A stretch of DNA of 64,000 bases from Anaeromyxobacteraceae bacterium (lineage in GTDB: Bacteria > Myxococcota > Myxococcia > Myxococcales > Anaeromyxobacteraceae), in NCBI GenBank assembly GCA_047602405.1, contig JASGHJ010000002.1:1152001-1216000 (forward strand). The letters are read 5' to 3'. Both the position numbers and the translations under genes were made by a program. Under the pieces are notes generated by a model. It worked only from the letters and a program-made list of their open reading frames with translations, was not told the DNA's origin and ran no database searches. This document shows positions 59,670 through 64,000 of the stretch, in pieces (the stretch's first letter is position 1; every line of letters starts with the position of its first letter).

Positions 59670-59780
59670 CCGGTCCCCCCCCCCCGCCGCTCGCGCACCG
59701 GCCGTGCGGCCCGCACCGCGGGTCGCCGGATCGCGCGCCGTCACCCCGCCGTGACACGGCGCGACTAGGATGCGCGGCAT

Positions 59781-61711
59781 GGTGCGTCGTGGAAGCTGCA
59801 CCGATCCAGCCGGTGAGAGTCCGGTCCGGGTAATCGCCGGAGAGCCCGGAAGCAGGCACCAGCTTGTCCGGGAGACCGGGCATGCCGAGCGGTGCGTCGA
59901 AAGCCTCACGTACGGAGGAAGCGAAGCGGCGGGCCGCAACAAGGTGAACGCTTCAGCCTCGACAGATCCTCAGCCGAAAGGTGTTCGGGAGCGCCGAGCC
60001 GGTCATGCCACGGCGAAGGCGATGCACAGCGTCCTTGGTCCGGAACGGACGCTGGGGCTCCCCGGGGTAGGGGCGGCGGCACGTCGCGAAGGATCGGTGT
60101 GGAACACGAGAGACCCTCGCCGGCAGCCCGCGTCGGGCAGAGACCGAGCGCATAAGACGGGAGTCGAAAGCGCGAGGAGCCGGAAGGGAGTCCGAGGGGC
60201 CCGTAGTACCGGTGAGGCGCGGGATAACCGCGCGGAGGGAAGGGGCCCTGCTTTGGTCGCGTCGGCACTGGGGGTAAGCGCGAGGGCATGGCCGTGAGGC
60301 CCAACACCCCCATCGACAAAGTGCGAGAACTCCAGCGCCGGCTTTACGTGGCCGCCAAGCGGAGCAGCACGCGGCGCTTTCACGCATTGTACGACCGGAT
60401 CTGCAGGGGTGACGTCCTGCGGGAAGCGTGGAAGCGGGTGCGCAGCAACGGAGGCGCGGCAGGGGTGGACGGCGAGTCCATCCGGGCCATCGAGGAGAGC
60501 GGAGTCGAGGCGTTCCTCGAAGGGATCCAGGCCGATCTCCTGGCAGGCGAATACCGCCCCCTCCCGGTGAGGCGGCGGTACATCCCGAAGGCAGACGGAA
60601 AGCAGCGGCCGCTCGGGATCCCGACGGTGCGGGATCGCGTGGCGCAGATGGCTGCGAAGTTGGTGCTCGAGCCGATCTTCGAGGCCGACTTCCTGTCGTC
60701 GAGCTACGGGTTCCGGCCGAAGCGGAGCGCGACGCAGGCGCTGGAGGCCATCCGCGAGGCTGGCAACCAGGGTCACAACTTCGTGCTCGACGCCGACATC
60801 AAGGCGTACTTCGACAGCATCGACCAGCAGAAGCTGATGGCGATGGTGGCGGAGCGGATCTCGGACCGCAGGGTGCTGAAGCTCCTGCGGAAGTGGCTGG
60901 AGGCCGGGGTGATGGAGGAGGGCACGGTGAGAAACCCCGTGGCGGGAACGCCACAGGGTGGAGTGATCTCGCCGCTGCTCGCCAACGTCTACCTGCACGA
61001 GCTCGACCGGATCTGGGCGCAGAGGTGCAAGCACCTCGGCGTCCTGGTGCGGTACGCCGACGACTTCGTCGTGATGTGCGGGACGGAGTCGAAGGTGAAC
61101 GAGGCGAGGCGGCGCGTCGAGCTCATCATGGCGCGCCTCGGCCTGACGCTGCACCCGGAGAAGACGCGGATCGTCGATCTGAGGCGAGGAAAGGAAGGCT
61201 TCACCTTCCTCGGGTGCGTGAACCGGAAGCGGCGCAGCATCCAGCGGCGCCCCGACCGGCACTACATGCACCGCTGGCCCTCACCGAAGGCGATGACCCG
61301 CGTCCGCGAGCGCGTCCACGAGCTGACGGACGTGCGCAGGAGCGGGGCGAAGGACGTGAAGGAGGTCATCGCGTCCGTGAACCCCGTCATCCGGGGCTGG
61401 GCCAACTACTTCCGGACCGGAACAGCGGATTGGGAGTTCAACCGCGTCGACTGGTACGTGCACGAACGGATCACGCGCTGGCTCCATCGGCGCGGTGGTC
61501 AGCGGACTCGCTATCAGTACGAGGCTTGGCCCTTCGAACGTCTCTTCGAGCTTGGCCTGCACCGCTGCATGGGCCGCGTCCGCTACCCCGCGCAAGCTGC
61601 CGCGCGAAGACCATCGTTAAGCCGTGTGCGGGAAACCCGCACGCACGGTTTGAAAGGAGGCCCTGGAACCAGGCTGGCCTAACGGCCGGTACTGCGCCAG
61701 GATCGACCAAT
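59781..61711 (+). mobile_element. Group II intron (full length) inserted at the mgsA start codon
   Basis: 5' GTGCG at 59782; domain V AAGCCGTGTGCGGGAAACCCGCACGCACGGTTT at 61619-61651; domain VI ending ...CGACCAAT; internal RT ORF. Confidence 0.92.
60288..61682 (+). CDS. ltrA: Group II intron reverse transcriptase/maturase (no endonuclease domain)
   Basis: [67 protein letters not shown]. Confidence 0.97.
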   Translation: MAVRPNTPIDKVRELQRRLYVAAKRSSTRRFHALYDRICRGDVLREAWKRVRSNGGAAGVDGESIRAIEESGVEAFLEGIQADLLAGEYRPLPVRRRYIPKADGKQRPLGIPTVRDRVAQMAAKLVLEPIFEADFLSSSYGFRPKRSATQALEAIREAGNQGHNFVLDADIKAYFDSIDQQKLMAMVAERISDRRVLKLLRKWLEAGVMEEGTVRNPVAGTPQGGVISPLLANVYLHELDRIWAQRCKHLGVLVRYADDFVVMCGTESKVNEARRRVELIMARLGLTLHPEKTRIVDLRRGKEGFTFLGCVNRKRRSIQRRPDRHYMHRWPSPKAMTRVRERVHELTDVRRSGAKDVKEVIASVNPVIRGWANYFRTGTADWEFNRVDWYVHERITRWLHRRGGQRTRYQYEAWPFERLFELGLHRCMGRVRYPAQAAARRPSLSRVRETRTHGLKGGPGTRLA

Positions 61712-62210
61712 GCCGAACCGCCGCGTCCCGATGAAGCCCGTGAAGAACGTCGTCCTCATCGCCCACGACTCGAGGAAGCAGGATCTCCTGGAGTGGGTGA
61801 AGTACAACCAGCCCGTCCTCCGCGAGCACCGCCTCTTCGCCACCGGCACGACCGGAGGCCTCGTGCAGACCGCGACCGGCCTGCCGGTGACCCGCTTCAA
61901 GAGCGGCCCGCTCGGCGGCGACCAGCAGGTCGGCGCCAAGATCGCCGAGGGCGACCTCGACGTGCTCGTGTTCTTCTGGGATCCGCTCGAGCCGCAGCCC
62001 CACGATCCGGACGTGAAGGCGCTGCTCCGCATCGCGGTGCTCTACAACGTGCCGACCGCCTGCAACCGCGCCACCGCCGACTTCCTCGTGGCGTCGTCGC
62101 TCTTCCACGGCGCCTACGAGCGCCTCGTGGAGGACCACGAGGCGGCTCGCGAGGCGTGGCTGAAGGCGCAGGCGGCGGCGATCGCCGGGCCCGCGCCGGC
62201 CCGGCGCTAG
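61710..62210 (+). CDS. mgsA: Methylglyoxal synthase
   Basis: LIAHD, ATGTTG, SGPLGGDQQVGA, FFWDPL.PQPHDPDVKALLR, ACNRATAD. Confidence 0.97.
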   Translation: MPNRRVPMKPVKNVVLIAHDSRKQDLLEWVKYNQPVLREHRLFATGTTGGLVQTATGLPVTRFKSGPLGGDQQVGAKIAEGDLDVLVFFWDPLEPQPHDPDVKALLRIAVLYNVPTACNRATADFLVASSLFHGAYERLVEDHEAAREAWLKAQAAAIAGPAPARR

Positions 62211-62215
62211 CGCCT

Positions 62216-62267
62216 CCGCTCGTCCCCGAGCCCTTCGACGGGCTCAGGGGGAACGGAGTCGAAGGAC
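62216..62267. repeat. REP-like palindrome between convergent mgsA and gcvPB
   Basis: CCGCTCGTCCCCGAGC-CCTTCGACGGGCTCAGGGGGAACGG-AGTCGAAGG; nested self-complementary units resembling GTCCTGAGC..GTCGAAGG-type repeats. Confidence 0.6.
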
Positions 62268-62269
62268 GA

Positions 62270-63835
62270 CTACTTCACGTCCATCCCAGGCTTCCAGCGC
62301 AGGACGGGCTTCCGCGCCGCGCGGGTCTCGTCGAGGCGCTGGCGCACCGGCTTCTGCGGGGAGGCCTTGAGGGCCGCCGCGTCGGTCTTCGCCTCCTCGG
62401 CGATGGCGCGCATCGCGGCGACGAAGCCGTCGATGGCCTCCTTCGACTCGGTCTCGGTGGGCTCGATCATGAGCGCGCCGTGCACCACCAGCGGGAAGTA
62501 GATGGTGGGCGGGTGGAAGCCGTGGTCGATGAGCCGCTTCGCGACGTCCATCGTCGTGACGTCGTGGGCCCCCTGCGCGGCGTCGTCGAAGACCACCTCG
62601 TGGAGCGAGTCGGTCTCGTAGGGCAGGTGGAACACGTCGCGCAGCTTCGCCCGGACGTAGTTCGCGTTCAGCACGGCGAGGCGGCCGGTGAGGGCCACGC
62701 CCTCCGGGCCGTACTCGCGGATGAGCGCCCAGGCCCGGACGAACATGCCGAAGTTGCCCCACCACTCGCGGATCTTGCCGACCGTCTGCGGGCGCTCCTT
62801 CGGATCCGTGACGAGGCGGTACTGCTCGCCCTCCTTCACGACGACCGGGAGCGGCTGGTAGGGCGCGAGCGACGCCTTCATCGCGACCGGGCCGGAGCCC
62901 GGCCCGCCGCCGCCGTGCGGCGTCGCGAAGGTCTTGTGGAGGTTGTACTGGATGACGTCGAACCCCATGTCGCCGGGGCGCGCCACGCCGAGCAGCGCGT
63001 TCATGTTCGCGCCGTCGCCGTACACGAGCCCGCCCTTCGCGTGCACGATCTCGGCGATCTCCCCGATGTGGCTCTCGAAGATCCCGAGCGTGTTCGGGTT
63101 CGTGATCATGATGCAGGCGACGTCCTCGTCCATCGCCGCCCGCACCGCGTCGGGGTGGAGCTTGCCGTCCTCGCCGGAGGCGACCGGGACGACGTCGTAA
63201 CCGTTGAGCGCCGAGGAGGCCGGGTTCGTGCCGTGCGCGGTGTCCGGGATCAGCACCTTCTTGCGCGGGTTGCCGCGCGCCTCGTGGTAGGCGCGGATCA
63301 GCATGAGCCCGGTGAGCTCGCCCTGCGCGCCCGCGGCCGGCGAGAGCGCGGTGCAGTCCATGCCGGCGATCTCGGAGAGCGCGCGCTCGAGGCCGTACAT
63401 GAGCTCGAGCGAGCCCTGCACGAGCGCGGGCGCGGCGAGCGGGTGCGCGTTCGCGAAGGCGGGCAGGCGCGCGAGCGCCTCGCTCGACTTCGGGTTGTAC
63501 TTCATGGTGCAGGAGCCGAGCGGGTAGAACCCGGTGTCGATGCCGTGGTTCCACGCCGAGAGGCGGGTGAAGTGGCGGACCACCTCGAGCTCGGAGAGCT
63601 CGGGCAGCCCGGCCACCTCGGCGCGCAGCAGCGCCGCGGGCAGCTCGGAGGCGGGCTCGGCCTTGCCGCCCGGGGGCGGCAAGGAGACGCCGGAGCGCCC
63701 GGGCGAGCCCTGCTCGAAGACGAGCTTCTCCTCGTAGGCGATGCCGCGGGTGGCTCCGCCGACGCCGACGTCGTCGCGGGCACCGCCGCCCGCGCCCTCG
63801 TTCATGGTGGGCTTCCAGCCGGTCGCGTTGGCCAT
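62270..63835 (-). CDS. gcvPB: Glycine dehydrogenase subunit 2
   Basis: FYPLGSCTMKYNP, PAAGAQGE, AHGTNPAS, NLHKTFATPHGGGGPGSGP, MIEPTETE. Confidence 0.97.
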   Translation of the reverse strand: MANATGWKPTMNEGAGGGARDDVGVGGATRGIAYEEKLVFEQGSPGRSGVSLPPPGGKAEPASELPAALLRAEVAGLPELSELEVVRHFTRLSAWNHGIDTGFYPLGSCTMKYNPKSSEALARLPAFANAHPLAAPALVQGSLELMYGLERALSEIAGMDCTALSPAAGAQGELTGLMLIRAYHEARGNPRKKVLIPDTAHGTNPASSALNGYDVVPVASGEDGKLHPDAVRAAMDEDVACIMITNPNTLGIFESHIGEIAEIVHAKGGLVYGDGANMNALLGVARPGDMGFDVIQYNLHKTFATPHGGGGPGSGPVAMKASLAPYQPLPVVVKEGEQYRLVTDPKERPQTVGKIREWWGNFGMFVRAWALIREYGPEGVALTGRLAVLNANYVRAKLRDVFHLPYETDSLHEVVFDDAAQGAHDVTTMDVAKRLIDHGFHPPTIYFPLVVHGALMIEPTETESKEAIDGFVAAMRAIAEEAKTDAAALKASPQKPVRQRLDETRAARKPVLRWKPGMDVK

Positions 63836-63837
63836 GG

Positions 63838-64000
63838 CTAACCCTTCACCTCGCGCGCGAACAGCTCGATGAGCTCCGGCGTGTGGACCTCGGTGGCGAC
63901 GCACAGGAGCGCGCCCTTGGACCAGGGCCGCCCGGGGTACCAGCGCCCGAGCGGCGCGCCGGCCACGATCCCCTTCTTCGCGAGCCGGGCGACCACCGCC
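63838..64000 (-). CDS. gcvPA: Glycine dehydrogenase subunit 1 (3' end only, runs off the window)
   Basis: ...[17 protein letters not shown]...[10 protein letters not shown]...EVKG-stop directly upstream of gcvPB. Confidence 0.85.
   Translation of the reverse strand, partial: AVVARLAKKGIVAGAPLGRWYPGRPWSKGALLCVATEVHTPELIELFAREVKG

Noticed and set aside
60288..61682. Retron, DGR or defence-associated RT
   Set aside because: Has a maturase X domain and flanking group II 5' GTGCG and domain V/VI; no template/variable repeat pair or msr-msd seen

Overview
Very GC-rich bacterial chromosome segment; the gene content (29-heme cytochrome, PrkA-YeaH-SpoVR, RpoH-like sigma, Ser/Thr pseudokinase-PEGA, split gcvPA/PB) suggests an Anaeromyxobacter-like myxobacterium (inference). 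About 60 CDSs, one tRNA-Asn(GTT) and one full-length group II intron are supported. The ~20 kb left of the tRNA 3' end is accessory-like: two ArsR-SRPBCC operons, HxlR/QorB, DUF1801, DHFR-like, RidA, DUF2200, an arr remnant and an IS3-end remnant. The strongest unexplained signals are: (1) a family of ~250-nt non-coding rod-like hairpin elements with a conserved core and compensatory base changes (55793-56037, 56167-56436, related 45880-46127); (2) a group II intron that appears to sit inside the mgsA start codon and rebuilds the RBS and ATG; (3) a DUF222-like/HNH gene with a 16-bp palindrome present twice upstream and once inside its own ORF; (4) an orphan T3SS-filament-like protein with a SycD-like TPR partner behind a sigma54-like promoter; (5) a double-glycine peptide paired with a C39 peptidase lipoprotein; (6) a bacterial EXORDIUM/Phi-1 lipoprotein behind an Fnr box. 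Three +1 frameshifts all lie in or beside GATC and are probably sequencing errors. All calls come from reading motifs by eye; no database searches were run.
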